DNA of 64,000 nucleotides, from sequence record PV287714.1. The stretch is one strand, 5' to 3'. Positions within the stretch are counted from its first letter, which is position 1; every line of letters starts with the position of its first letter. Both the position numbers and the translations under genes were made by a program. Below are positions 32,878 through 42,998 of this stretch, in pieces. The DNA is from Escherichia phage HMD-9. The notes beneath the pieces are model-generated. The model saw nothing but the letters and a program-made list of their open reading frames with translations, had not been told where the DNA came from and searched no databases.

Positions 32878-32884
32878 AATAAAA

Positions 32885-32900
32885 TGGGCCTTGCGGCCCA
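32885..32900 (-). terminator. hairpin between nrdB stop and denA start (terminator and split Shine-Dalgarno element)
   Basis: TGGGCC-GCAA-GGCCCA followed by TTTTATT; AAGGAG lies 5' of the hairpin. Confidence 0.45.
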
Positions 32901-32904
32901 CTCC

Positions 32905-34083
32905 TTAAAAGTATTTTTTAAAACTCATCATAACTTTATCATCAACATCATTATCAATCTGTGCTACAAGATAAGATGACAGTTCTACTTCTTGCGGTGC
33001 AGATTGAACATTATCAGAATTAAGATATTCACGAATCCAAGGATACGGATGTTTAACCGGAGCATCGGTAATTGGACATGGAAGACCACACTGTTTCATA
33101 CGAGATACAGTTAAGTAATCAATAAAGCTCCACATGCTATTTGTATTTAATCCAGGAACATCGCCATCTTTAAATAAATGAACTGCCCAATCTTTTTCTT
33201 GGCGGTTAACTTCCATGAAAATATCAACTGCTTCTTGTTCACACTCTTGAGCAATTTTAACCCATTCATCGCCATCAGTACCGGATTGAAGTTGACGAAT
33301 AATATATTGAGTGCCTTTAAGGTGAAGCTGCTCATCACGAGCAATGAACTTCATAATCTTGGCATTACCTTCCATGATTTCCATGTTTTTGTGGAAGTTA
33401 AATGTACAGGCGAAAGATACATAAAAACGAATAGCTTCCAATGCGTTGATTACATGAAGGCAGAGGTAAAGAGATTTCATTAGCGCTCGTTTAGCTTCGG
33501 CTTCTTGTTTAATAGCTCGATTTAAACGAAAATCAGCATCAGGAGATTCTTTAGCTAGTTCTACGAATTCTTTAGCATTTTCCCATTCACGGGTCTTCTT
33601 AAGAACATCATCGTAGTAGCGACCAATGGACTCGGCACGTTTCATAATATCTTCATCTAATACAATCTCATCAAATACCTTTGACGGATCAGTATAAAGA
33701 TTTCGCATAATATGAGTGTATGAACGACTGTGAATAGTTTCGCTAAAAGTCCATGTAGCAACCCATGTATCAAGACTTGGGTCTGAAATTAACGACATAA
33801 GTACAGCAGACGGTGCACGACCCTGAATGCTATCTAGAAGTGATTGATACTTCAGGTTATTAGTAAAAATATCTTGCTGATACTGAGGAAGCTTGTTAAA
33901 TTGTGCAGCATCCATCATCAAGTTTACTTCTTCCGGACGCCAGAAAAATGACAAAGACTTCTCAATAAGTTCTTCAAATACTCGATGCCGTTGAATATCA
34001 TATCGAGCTAAACCCAATCCAGAACCAAAAAACATCGGCTCAGTCAAAATATTAACAGGTGATGTATTAAAAACAGTACTCAT
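32905..34083 (-). CDS. nrdB: ribonucleotide reductase beta subunit, uninterrupted
   Basis: 392 aa continuous ORF with diiron-site residues; no intron. Confidence 0.95.
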   Translation of the reverse strand: MSTVFNTSPVNILTEPMFFGSGLGLARYDIQRHRVFEELIEKSLSFFWRPEEVNLMMDAAQFNKLPQYQQDIFTNNLKYQSLLDSIQGRAPSAVLMSLISDPSLDTWVATWTFSETIHSRSYTHIMRNLYTDPSKVFDEIVLDEDIMKRAESIGRYYDDVLKKTREWENAKEFVELAKESPDADFRLNRAIKQEAEAKRALMKSLYLCLHVINALEAIRFYVSFACTFNFHKNMEIMEGNAKIMKFIARDEQLHLKGTQYIIRQLQSGTDGDEWVKIAQECEQEAVDIFMEVNRQEKDWAVHLFKDGDVPGLNTNSMWSFIDYLTVSRMKQCGLPCPITDAPVKHPYPWIREYLNSDNVQSAPQEVELSSYLVAQIDNDVDDKVMMSFKKYF

Positions 34084-34721
34084 TTAGAATCCTTAAATTT
34101 ACATTTATCATAATGCCATCTTAAAGCATTACCTTTATTAACTTTCTTTCCACAATGCGGACACGGCGGATACTCTGCACCTTGTTTAGTTCTCAAAGAA
34201 ATCAAATCGCGGGTTTCTTTAGTATGAGGAACATCTCTCGTTGGAGAGATTGTACCATACATTGGATTAAGCACGCCGACTTTAGCAGCAGCTATATTCT
34301 TTTTAGCTTCTTCAGTTTTAGGTTTTCTCATGCGAGCTAAATGCTCTTTAGTAAATTTCCTTCCTTTAAGAGCTCTACTTATCTTTTCTCTGGTTTCTAT
34401 AGAAACTTCACGTCCTATAGCAGCTCCAGACAAACGTCGTCTACCTAATTCGTATAGTTGAGAAGAAATTTTATATGAGCGATTTTTACCAGTCAAGCAC
34501 ATTAAACCAAAAGCTTTCTTTAATCCCGGGGTGTCATATATTTTACATAAAAGCCAATGCGCTATAAAATGCTCTCTACCTGTTAATTCAACTAAATTTT
34601 CTTTATCATCAGAACCTCCCATACATCTAGGGATTATATGATGAGTCTCTTTATATCCTAATAAAGGTTCCCGGGTTTGTGCCCGGGAAATTAAACTGTT
34701 ATATACGTTTTGATAATTCAT
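34080..34721 (-). CDS. mobE: HNH homing endonuclease MobE
   Basis: 213 aa; HNH motif HHIIPRCMGGSDDKENLVELTGREHFIAH; inserted between nrdA and nrdB with overlapping start/stop. Confidence 0.85.
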   Translation of the reverse strand: MNYQNVYNSLISRAQTREPLLGYKETHHIIPRCMGGSDDKENLVELTGREHFIAHWLLCKIYDTPGLKKAFGLMCLTGKNRSYKISSQLYELGRRRLSGAAIGREVSIETREKISRALKGRKFTKEHLARMRKPKTEEAKKNIAAAKVGVLNPMYGTISPTRDVPHTKETRDLISLRTKQGAEYPPCPHCGKKVNKGNALRWHYDKCKFKDSK

Positions 34722-36985
34722 TACAATTTACACGCTGCGCAATCTTCAGCTTTTGGAGTTTCTATTTCATAATCATCAGTACCGGAACCATCACGAGTAT
34801 TATGATAATAGAAGTTTTTAATGCCATAATACCATCCGTATAGCATGTCATCAATCATTACAGACATTGGAACCTTTCCTTTTGGAAAAATCTGCGGGTC
34901 ATAATATGTATTCGCTGAAGCTGATTGACATACCCATTTAAGCATAATAGCTACCTGCGTAAGATAAGGTTTATTACCTTTCTTAGCTAATTTCCATGTA
35001 TAATCATATAGGTCTATGTTATGTTCAATATTGGGCACGACTTGATTAAAGGAACCCTCTTTTGATTCTTTAACAGAGACTGGTCCGCGTGGAGGCTCGA
35101 TACCGTTTGTACTGTTGGAAACTTGGGAAGATGACTCACATGGCATAAGTGCTGATAATGTGCTATTACGGATGCCAAAGAGCTTAAGGTCTTCCCGCAG
35201 CGACGACCAGTCACAAACGTATTTTGGAGCTGCGATTTGGTCAATCTTTTTATTGTACCAGTCGATAGGTAATTCGCCTCGAGACCAACGAGTGTCTGAA
35301 TAATATTCGCAAGGTCCTTTTTCTTTGGCGAGCTTAATGGATGCTTTAATGAGTCCATACTGTAGTCTCTCAAATAGTTCATGTGTTAAATCGTTAGCAT
35401 CTTCATAAGAAGCAAAGTTACTTGCCAGCCAAGCTGCATAGTTAGTAACACCTACACCAAGATTTCGACGCTTTTTAGCTTTTTCTGCTTCAGGAACTGG
35501 ATATCCTTGGTAATCCAAAAGATTATCAAGAGCGCGAACTTGAACTTCTGCCAATTCATTAATTTTATCTTGGTCTTGCCAATCGAAGTTATCTAACACA
35601 AATGCAGATAACGTACACAATCCAATTTCGGCATCAGGACTATTCACATCATTTGTTGGAATAGCAATTTCACAACACAAGTTACTCTGACGAATAGGTG
35701 CCTTTTCACGAATAAACGGAGTATAGTTATTCGTATTATCAATGAACTGTACATAAATCCTTGCTGTTCCTGATCGTTCAGTCATGAGCAATTCAAACAG
35801 TTCACGGGCTTTAATACGCTTTTTACGAATATTAGGGTCTTTTTCTGCGGCTTCGTATAATTCACGGAAACGGTCTTGGTCTTTAAAATAAGAATAATAA
35901 AGCTCACCACCCATTTCATGTGGACTGAACAAAGTAATGTAGTCGTTCTTTCCAAAACGTTCCATCATTAGGTCATTCAGCTGGACGCCATAATCCATAT
36001 GACGGATACGGTTTTCTTCTACGCCTTTGTTATTTTTCAAAACGAGAAGATTTTCAACTTCCAAATGCCAAATAGGATAATAAGCAGTAGCAGCGCCGCC
36101 ACGAATTCCACCCTGTGAGCATGATTTAACAGCAGTCTGAAAATGTTTCCAAAAAGGAATAACACCAGTATGACGTACTTCACCTGTACCAATCTTAGAA
36201 CCTTCGGCACGAATCATACCAACGTTAATACCAATTCCAGCGCGTTTGGAGATATATTCAACAATTGAAGCGGAAGCCTTGTTGATAGACTTCAGCGAAT
36301 CACCCGCCTCAATAACAACGCATGAACTAAACTGCCGAGTTGGAGTACGGCAACCAGCCATAATAGGAGTTGGTAATGAAATCTGTCGAGTAGATACTGC
36401 TTCATAAAAACGAATAACGTGTTTTAGTCTATCAACAGGTTCATCTTGATGCAATGCCATTCCAATAGTCATAAATGCAAACTGTGGAGTTTCATAAATT
36501 TGACCAGTGGTTTTATCTTTAACTAGATATTTTTCTTTTAATTGCATCGCCCCGGAATAAGTAAATTCCATATCCCGCTCATGCTTAATTTTTGATTCTA
36601 AAAATGTAATTTCTTCTGCTGAATATTTTGACAGCAGTTCAGGGTCATATTTACCTTCATTTACACAGTAAGAAATATGGTCAATAAATGAACGGGGCTC
36701 ATACTGCCCGTAAACATGCTTACGAAGAGCGAACATTAAACAGCGTGCAGCTACATATTGATAATCAGGCTCTTCAACTGAAATAGAATTCGCAGCAGCC
36801 TTAATTACAATGGTTTGAATGTCATCAGTGGTCATTCCATCACGGAGATATGATTTAATATTTTCATATAATTCATAAGGATCTACAGATGTTCCTTCAG
36901 CTGCCCAAGATAAAACTTTAATAATTTTTTGCGGGTCAAAGCTCTGAGAAACACCACTACTTTTGATAACATTAATTAATTGCAT
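34721..36985 (-). CDS. nrdA: ribonucleotide reductase alpha subunit
   Basis: 754 aa; ATP-cone N-terminus, catalytic Cys region, C-terminal CxxC tail. Confidence 0.96.
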   Translation of the reverse strand: MQLINVIKSSGVSQSFDPQKIIKVLSWAAEGTSVDPYELYENIKSYLRDGMTTDDIQTIVIKAAANSISVEEPDYQYVAARCLMFALRKHVYGQYEPRSFIDHISYCVNEGKYDPELLSKYSAEEITFLESKIKHERDMEFTYSGAMQLKEKYLVKDKTTGQIYETPQFAFMTIGMALHQDEPVDRLKHVIRFYEAVSTRQISLPTPIMAGCRTPTRQFSSCVVIEAGDSLKSINKASASIVEYISKRAGIGINVGMIRAEGSKIGTGEVRHTGVIPFWKHFQTAVKSCSQGGIRGGAATAYYPIWHLEVENLLVLKNNKGVEENRIRHMDYGVQLNDLMMERFGKNDYITLFSPHEMGGELYYSYFKDQDRFRELYEAAEKDPNIRKKRIKARELFELLMTERSGTARIYVQFIDNTNNYTPFIREKAPIRQSNLCCEIAIPTNDVNSPDAEIGLCTLSAFVLDNFDWQDQDKINELAEVQVRALDNLLDYQGYPVPEAEKAKKRRNLGVGVTNYAAWLASNFASYEDANDLTHELFERLQYGLIKASIKLAKEKGPCEYYSDTRWSRGELPIDWYNKKIDQIAAPKYVCDWSSLREDLKLFGIRNSTLSALMPCESSSQVSNSTNGIEPPRGPVSVKESKEGSFNQVVPNIEHNIDLYDYTWKLAKKGNKPYLTQVAIMLKWVCQSASANTYYDPQIFPKGKVPMSVMIDDMLYGWYYGIKNFYYHNTRDGSGTDDYEIETPKAEDCAACKL

Positions 36986-37302
36986 AAGTCCTCAACTTGA
37001 AAATCGTCTTTAAACAATCGGTTAACTATATGAGCTATTATATCACCATGACACGGCTTTGGTTTACATGTGCATCCTAGCCTCATTCCACGTAAAGGCT
37101 CTAAATGTGCTTTAGTTATTTCTCCGGATTTAATTCGACGTATAAAATCTTTTTTGAATAATTCAATGGCAGCCTCCCGGCTGCCAGCATCTTTACCGAC
37201 GTAATTTCCCCAAAATGTACCACGGTGAATATTAACATCAAAGTCGGATTTATATTTATTCACTACCTGGCATAGACGGCCCGCGCGGTGATAATTCGTC
37301 AT
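36976..37302 (-). CDS. hypothetical protein (nrdA.1 position)
   Basis: 108 aa ORF. Confidence 0.7.
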   Translation of the reverse strand: MTNYHRAGRLCQVVNKYKSDFDVNIHRGTFWGNYVGKDAGSREAAIELFKKDFIRRIKSGEITKAHLEPLRGMRLGCTCKPKPCHGDIIAHIVNRLFKDDFQVEDLCN

Positions 37303-37519
37303 ATTGTTTTTCCGTTAAAACAGTAATATCATAGTAACAATCTGAAGAAGTTTTAACTGTAGAAATTTTATTATCAAAATACTCACGAGTCATTTTATGA
37401 GTATAATATTTTTTGCCGTAAATGATAATAGGCTGATTTGGTCCTGGAACTTCTAACTCGCTTGGGTTAGGAAGTGTAAAAAGAACTACACCAGAAGTAT
37501 CTTTAAATCGTAAAATCAT
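37256..37519 (-). CDS. hypothetical protein (nrdA.2 position)
   Basis: 87 aa ORF. Confidence 0.7.
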   Translation of the reverse strand: MILRFKDTSGVVLFTLPNPSELEVPGPNQPIIIYGKKYYTHKMTREYFDNKISTVKTSSDCYYDITVLTEKQYDELSPRGPSMPGSE

Positions 37520-37542
37520 ATATCCTCACAATTAATAATTAA

Positions 37543-37854
37543 TTACACCGCCATTTTTCCTTTAATAGGAGGGTGTGATTCGTAACCTTTAAGAACGAAA
37601 TCTTTAGGCCTGAGTTTAAGAATGTATTCCAATTGTTCTTTAGTAGAAAGATAACGGAATTTATAAGGCAATCCGCCTATTACCAGTTCACAAAGCTCTT
37701 TAGGTTCACGACGCAAAATTTCTTTACATTGTTCTACGTGATTCATATAGATATGAGTATTACCGCCAGAAAATATCAAATCTCCTGGAATAAGATTACA
37801 CATCTTAGCTACAATATGAACCAACGCAGCATATGATGCAATGTTGAATGGAAG
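37543..37854 (-). CDS. td: thymidylate synthase, exon 2
   Basis: Encodes LPFNIASYAALVH...; joins exon 1 to give 286 aa; the track's leading M is the intron 3' ATG. Confidence 0.93.
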   Translation of the reverse strand, partial: LPFNIASYAALVHIVAKMCNLIPGDLIFSGGNTHIYMNHVEQCKEILRREPKELCELVIGGLPYKFRYLSTKEQLEYILKLRPKDFVLKGYESHPPIKGKMAV

Positions 37855-38108
37855 CATTATGTTCAGATAAGGTCGTTAATCTTATCCCGGAATTATATCC
37901 AGCTGCATGTCACCATACAGATCAGACTATATCTCCATCTTGATGAAGCAAGATGTCTATCGTTTCGAGTCACTTGACCCTACTCCCCAAAGGGATAGTC
38001 GTTAGGCATTTAGTTCAAAAGAACATTTAGCACGGGATTGTCTACTAGAGAGGTTCCCCGTTTAGATAGATTACAAGTATAAGTCACCTTATACTCAGGC
38101 CTCAATTA
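37855..38108 (-). ncRNA. group I self-splicing intron in td, ORF-less (no I-TevI)
   Basis: 5' end TAATTGAGGCCTGAGTATAAGGTGACTTATAC..., 3' end ...CTGAACATAATG; exon 1 ends in U, intron ends in G; 254 nt, no ORF. Confidence 0.9.
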
Positions 38109-38657
38109 ACCCAAGAAAACATCTACACTTCTTTGGTACCATTGTAAATCAAGATAACCATTACGCACATTAAACTGATAGAACATATGACAGGGCGGTA
38201 ATGCCATTTGATTGATTTCAGCTGGATTCCATGCTGAAACGATTTGACGTCGATCAGTTGGTAATTTTTTAATACGATCAATAGTTTCAACTAATTGATC
38301 CACACCACCGAAATCACGCCATTGTTTACCGTATATAGGACCAAGTTCACCACTATGATATCCTAGGTCTTTAGCCTGGTTTTCATAGTTATCGTCCCAA
38401 ATAGTTTTACCTTGAATAAGACTACCATGAGTGCGAAGACGTAAATCATTAACATTGGTAGAACCGGAAATAAACCATAGAAGCTCAGCAATGCAAGCTT
38501 TCCAAGCGAGCTTCTTAGTCGTTACTGCAGGAAAACCTTTAGTTAAATCCCAGCGTAATTTAGTACCGAACAAAGCAATTGTTCCTGTGCCTGTTCGGTC
38601 ATCGGTTTCATAGCCATTTTCAAAAATGTCTTTAATTAAATCTTGGTATTGTTTCAT
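38109..38657 (-). CDS. td: thymidylate synthase, exon 1
   Basis: 183 codons ending QRSVDVFLG; the track's stop is the first 3 nt of the intron. Confidence 0.93.
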
Positions 38658-38676
38658 TTAGTACCTTATATAAATT

Positions 38677-38705
38677 ATAATACATTTTATGAAGCTAATA
38701 ATCAA
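38677..38705 (-). promoter_or_regulatory. sigma70-like promoter upstream of td
   Basis: Minus strand TTGATT - 17 nt - TG-TATTAT, about 20 nt upstream of td ATG. Confidence 0.4.
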
Positions 38706-39061
38706 TACGGTTTAGCATCAAATTTTCTTTCAATTTCAGGCGTAAAATACAATTCTTTACCACGCTTGGAAAAGCGACCAATAATATGATAATTATTCTC
38801 ATCAAACGTGATATTGCCGATATCCATAGCTTTCAACCAAATATCGATATTTCTGTCAAGCTTTATATCAAAATTCCAATACGGAGAATTATTACCAAAA
38901 ATACTACAAGCGGATTCAGTGAAACAACTGCTATAAATCTTGTCTTTAGGAACTACTAATTGATAGACGCCTTTAATAAACTGAGGACCCTGCCATTTTG
39001 GTTGTTTCGCGTCTTTTTCTAATAGAATAGGGTAATAATTAAAGTTCATATTTTCCGCCAC
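38702..39061 (-). CDS. hypothetical protein between td and frd (lineage-specific candidate)
   Basis: 115-119 aa; probable ATG at 39049; no recognisable family; frd and td are adjacent in T4 as I recall. Confidence 0.65.
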   Translation of the reverse strand: MAENMNFNYYPILLEKDAKQPKWQGPQFIKGVYQLVVPKDKIYSSCFTESACSIFGNNSPYWNFDIKLDRNIDIWLKAMDIGNITFDENNYHIIGRFSKRGKELYFTPEIERKFDAKPY

Positions 39062-39069
39062 GTGTTATT

Positions 39070-39896
<827 letters not shown>

Positions 39897-39906
39897 ATTA
39901 TTTTCC

Positions 39907-40149
39907 TTAAACAGACTTTTTCACAATTTTCCAATCAGCTTTAAACTGTTCAACGTCAGAATGGTAAATCCAGAATCCTGCGCTTTCTCCATCCTCATAA
40001 AGAGGGCATCCATCGCATTCATCTTCCCATCCCATATCACGCAAAAGACGTTCAGCTTTTTCAACAAGTTCAGAATCTTTACCGATGATATTAAAATACC
40101 ATTTACCCCTAACTTCTGAATCTTTAATGCTCTGACGTTGTAATCTCAT
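39907..40149 (-). CDS. hypothetical protein (frd.2 position)
   Basis: 80 aa ORF; early-promoter-like sequence at 40160-40204. Confidence 0.7.
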   Translation of the reverse strand: MRLQRQSIKDSEVRGKWYFNIIGKDSELVEKAERLLRDMGWEDECDGCPLYEDGESAGFWIYHSDVEQFKADWKIVKKSV

Positions 40150-40203
40150 TTTATTCTCCTTAGTTGATAGGGTAATAATATCACACTACTACCCTTCTGT
40201 AAA

Positions 40204-40584
40204 CTACTTTTTGAAAGTTTTTCGCAAAAGTTCAATGATTTCATCTACATTGTTTTCGTCAACAATGCAGTGAATTTTTGTTACGCCAGAAACCTTGTCT
40301 TCGACTTCGTCTTCTTCAGAAGTCGGTTCTTTATACTCACGAAAACAATGAAATTCGTCTTCGCAAATTTCTAAAAGTCTATCTTTGAGATAAAAATGCT
40401 TTCCATTTGCGCATTCAATGTGTTTTACTGCTTTATATCCATTAGCGAAGGAAACTTCTTTAACTTCAAACCATCCGCCATTATCTCGAATAGCTTTAAC
40501 TATTGATGAATTAGAACGTGGACTATAATTAATAAATGTATCAATAAGTCTTGGAACAAGTTCATACTTTCTACCAGTATACAT
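40204..40584 (-). CDS. hypothetical protein (frd.3 position)
   Basis: 126 aa ORF. Confidence 0.7.
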   Translation of the reverse strand: MYTGRKYELVPRLIDTFINYSPRSNSSIVKAIRDNGGWFEVKEVSFANGYKAVKHIECANGKHFYLKDRLLEICEDEFHCFREYKEPTSEEDEVEDKVSGVTKIHCIVDENNVDEIIELLRKTFKK

Positions 40585-40628
40585 TGCGTTTTCCTCATTT
40601 TAATAGGGGCTTGATAGCCCCTTGATAA

Positions 40629-40880
40629 TTACTGCTCAATAAATCCAGTGTAAAATTCTACATCTTCAGCATCCATACCGTCACAATATTCATTAACCAT
40701 AAATTGTTTAAGACGATTTAAAGGACCTTCAATAGCAACTGAAACATTGCAGTTAGGATCATTTAGTGCGCTTGTAATACGGAGTTCAGGATAACGATTA
40801 CGAATAATTTCTTCAATATATTCAAAATCAACAACATCAATATCAATTTTAGCCATGTTATTTTCCTCTTTAATCATCAT
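40629..40880 (-). CDS. hypothetical acidic protein
   Basis: 83 aa ORF immediately downstream of an early promoter. Confidence 0.65.
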   Translation of the reverse strand: MMIKEENNMAKIDIDVVDFEYIEEIIRNRYPELRITSALNDPNCNVSVAIEGPLNRLKQFMVNEYCDGMDAEDVEFYTGFIEQ

Positions 40881-40894
40881 CAGTATTGCCGATA

Positions 40895-40929
40895 GTTGTA
40901 TAGTACCATAGTCCTTGTTGTATGTAAAC
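40895..40929 (-). promoter_or_regulatory. T4 early-type promoter
   Basis: Minus strand A/T-rich UP, GTTTACA, about 17 nt, TACTAT; same architecture as motA promoter. Confidence 0.4.
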
Positions 40930-40960
40930 TGTTATGTGAAAAAATTTTTGAAATAAAAAA

Positions 40961-40979
40961 GGGGACCTCTAGGGTCCCC
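40961..40979 (-). terminator. rho-independent terminator downstream of gene 32
   Basis: GGGGACC-CTAGA-GGTCCCC followed by TTTTTATTT on minus strand. Confidence 0.55.
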
Positions 40980-41001
40980 AATTAATTAGTAATATAATCT
41001 A

Positions 41002-41910
41002 TTAAAGGTCATTCAAAAGGTCATCCAGGTCCGTGTCATCAGCACTAGATGAACTGCCAGAGCTTGAGCTCATAAAATCATCTTCAGTTTTTGTTTTGAA
41101 GTCATCAACATTGAATGCATCCAAATCATCAGCAACTTTATCGGCTTTCTTGGCAGCAGTTGCTGCGGCACCACCCATAGCAGCAGTTCCCATAACTTGA
41201 CTGAACTTAGTGCTCAGTTCTTCAAACGATTTGAATTTATCTTTAGAAGTCATTTCAGAAAGGTCAACCATTTGTTCGAACAGTTCTTTCTGGAAAGATT
41301 CATCATCAATGTTTGGAATCGCAGATTGATTCAGGAATTTAGATTCGTCGTAGTTACTAAAACCAGAAACTTGTTTAACTTTCAGTACAAAGTTAGCACC
41401 TTCCCACGGACAAGTTACATCAACCGGAGTTTCACCCATTTCAACATCAACTGCAATCATTGCATTGATTTTATCCCAGATTTTCTTACCGAAACGGTAT
41501 TTAAATACTTTACCTTCATTTTCTGGAGCAGCTGGGTCTTTTACTACAAGAATGTTAGCCCAGTAAGAAATTTTACGTTTAACAAGACCGTACTCTTTAT
41601 TGTCAGTATTATACAAATCATTTTTACTGATGTACTGACATACTGGACAAGAATCGTAATCACCGTGGGTAGATGAACATGTTTCAATATACCATTTACC
41701 ATTTTTCTTGAAACCGTGATTTACAAGAATTGCGAACGGTGCTTGTTCATCATTTTTAGACGGAAGAAAACGAATTACTGCTTGACCGTTACCCGCATTG
41801 TCGAGTTTCAGTTTCCACTCGCCTTTATCTTCAGAAGAAAAACCACCTTTATTTCCAGCCAGTTTAGCCATTTGTGCAGCGAGTTCAGCAGTAGATTTAC
41901 GTTTAAACAT
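41002..41910 (-). CDS. 32: single-stranded DNA-binding protein gp32
   Basis: 302 aa; zinc-binding H..C..C..C region, acidic C-terminus. Confidence 0.96.
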   Translation of the reverse strand: MFKRKSTAELAAQMAKLAGNKGGFSSEDKGEWKLKLDNAGNGQAVIRFLPSKNDEQAPFAILVNHGFKKNGKWYIETCSSTHGDYDSCPVCQYISKNDLYNTDNKEYGLVKRKISYWANILVVKDPAAPENEGKVFKYRFGKKIWDKINAMIAVDVEMGETPVDVTCPWEGANFVLKVKQVSGFSNYDESKFLNQSAIPNIDDESFQKELFEQMVDLSEMTSKDKFKSFEELSTKFSQVMGTAAMGGAAATAAKKADKVADDLDAFNVDDFKTKTEDDFMSSSSGSSSSADDTDLDDLLNDL

Positions 41911-41990
41911 TTTTATTTCCTTTTTAATTTAATTAACAGTTGGTGCTATGACGATGTATGACCTCATAGCTGGTCAGTGAGATAATTATA
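41911..41990 (-). promoter_or_regulatory. gene 32 translational operator (leader pseudoknot plus AU-rich repeat tract)
   Basis: Leader reads GCTATGAGGTCATACATCGTCATAGCAC...TTAATTAAATTAAAAAGGAAATAAAAATG. Confidence 0.5.
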
Positions 41991-42009
41991 ATCTATTTAT
42001 AATAAGCAA

Positions 42010-42663
42010 TTAATACTTACAAGATTTCACAGTTTCAATAAAAACACTTTTAGCTTTCTGTGAATCAATATTTAAAATTTTTCTATAAGCCTTTAACTTT
42101 ATAGAATAATTATTCCAGACTAAATTATCAGTCTGTTCATCATGTTTATCAATTATATTTAAAAACGAATCAAGCAAGATAAACGTCTCAAACGAAATTA
42201 TATTCGATTGAAGTAGTTTAAAAATATAACTTGATTGAACTTTTGGATTATACTCAAAGATTTCTTTAAAAGCAGAAACTTCAACTTTTTTACTAAAATA
42301 ATAAATGTTGCGAATATCTTCTTCAAACTTAAATTTAATTTGCTTTAAGCGTCCGATATATTCACGATAAAACACAAGTGCATCAGCGTCAGAGATGTCA
42401 CCAATCCAAGCATCTTGGTTAGCAACAAGATTGCTTATAAAGATTAAAGCAAGTTCCTTTAATTTATATTTTTCTGATAACTTCTGGAAAAAATACTTAT
42501 CCCTTCGCTTTTGATAAGCGGCATCAGACACCCGCATGCACCAATTATACTTAATTACATCATACTTTCCATTCATATGTTGTTTTATCATTAAGTATAA
42601 TTTATAAACTGATTTACCATCAATGTATCTTTCACCACCAGCAGGCATGCGGAGTTTAATCAT
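42010..42663 (-). CDS. 59: helicase loader gp59
   Basis: 217 aa, position. Confidence 0.9.
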   Translation of the reverse strand: MIKLRMPAGGERYIDGKSVYKLYLMIKQHMNGKYDVIKYNWCMRVSDAAYQKRRDKYFFQKLSEKYKLKELALIFISNLVANQDAWIGDISDADALVFYREYIGRLKQIKFKFEEDIRNIYYFSKKVEVSAFKEIFEYNPKVQSSYIFKLLQSNIISFETFILLDSFLNIIDKHDEQTDNLVWNNYSIKLKAYRKILNIDSQKAKSVFIETVKSCKY

Positions 42664-42998
42664 AGTAGAAAATCTAATGTATTAGTTTTTTCACAACGAA
42701 CAACAGAAGGACGTAAAAGATTTTCGTCAATAGCTTCTGATTGAATTTTTTCAATTATTCCCGAAGGAATAAATTTAGCAAATTGAGTTTCAGGAATAGA
42801 ATTTTCTTCCAAGAATGCTGTTGTAGCTTCAAGATAACTCATTCCAAACTCTTCTACCATTTTTTCAATAATAAATCCATTTTCTTGGCGGTCAAGAAGT
42901 TTTGCTATTTCATCCTTTTCTTTCTTAATTGAAAGTTCTTTTTCTGAAAGACCGGTCTCATCGACCGGACGAATATCATTTAGAGAAAACTGTGTCAT
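42660..42998 (-). CDS. 33: late transcription co-activator gp33
   Basis: 112 aa from MTQFSLNDIRPV; track start is 3 codons upstream. Confidence 0.88.
   Translation of the reverse strand: MTQFSLNDIRPVDETGLSEKELSIKKEKDEIAKLLDRQENGFIIEKMVEEFGMSYLEATTAFLEENSIPETQFAKFIPSGIIEKIQSEAIDENLLRPSVVRCEKTNTLDFLL

Noticed and set aside
32905-34083. Search for a group I intron / I-TevIII in nrdB
   Set aside because: nrdB is a single uninterrupted frame of the expected length; no intron present.
37543-38657. Search for an I-TevI-like ORF within the td intron
   Set aside because: The intron is only 254 nt and contains no ORF on either strand, so no homing-endonuclease feature is reported.
41197-41961. Plus-strand ORFs (159 and 81 aa) overlapping gene 32 and its leader
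   Set aside because: Antisense to gene 32; Phe/Ile-rich translations typical of reverse-frame artefacts.
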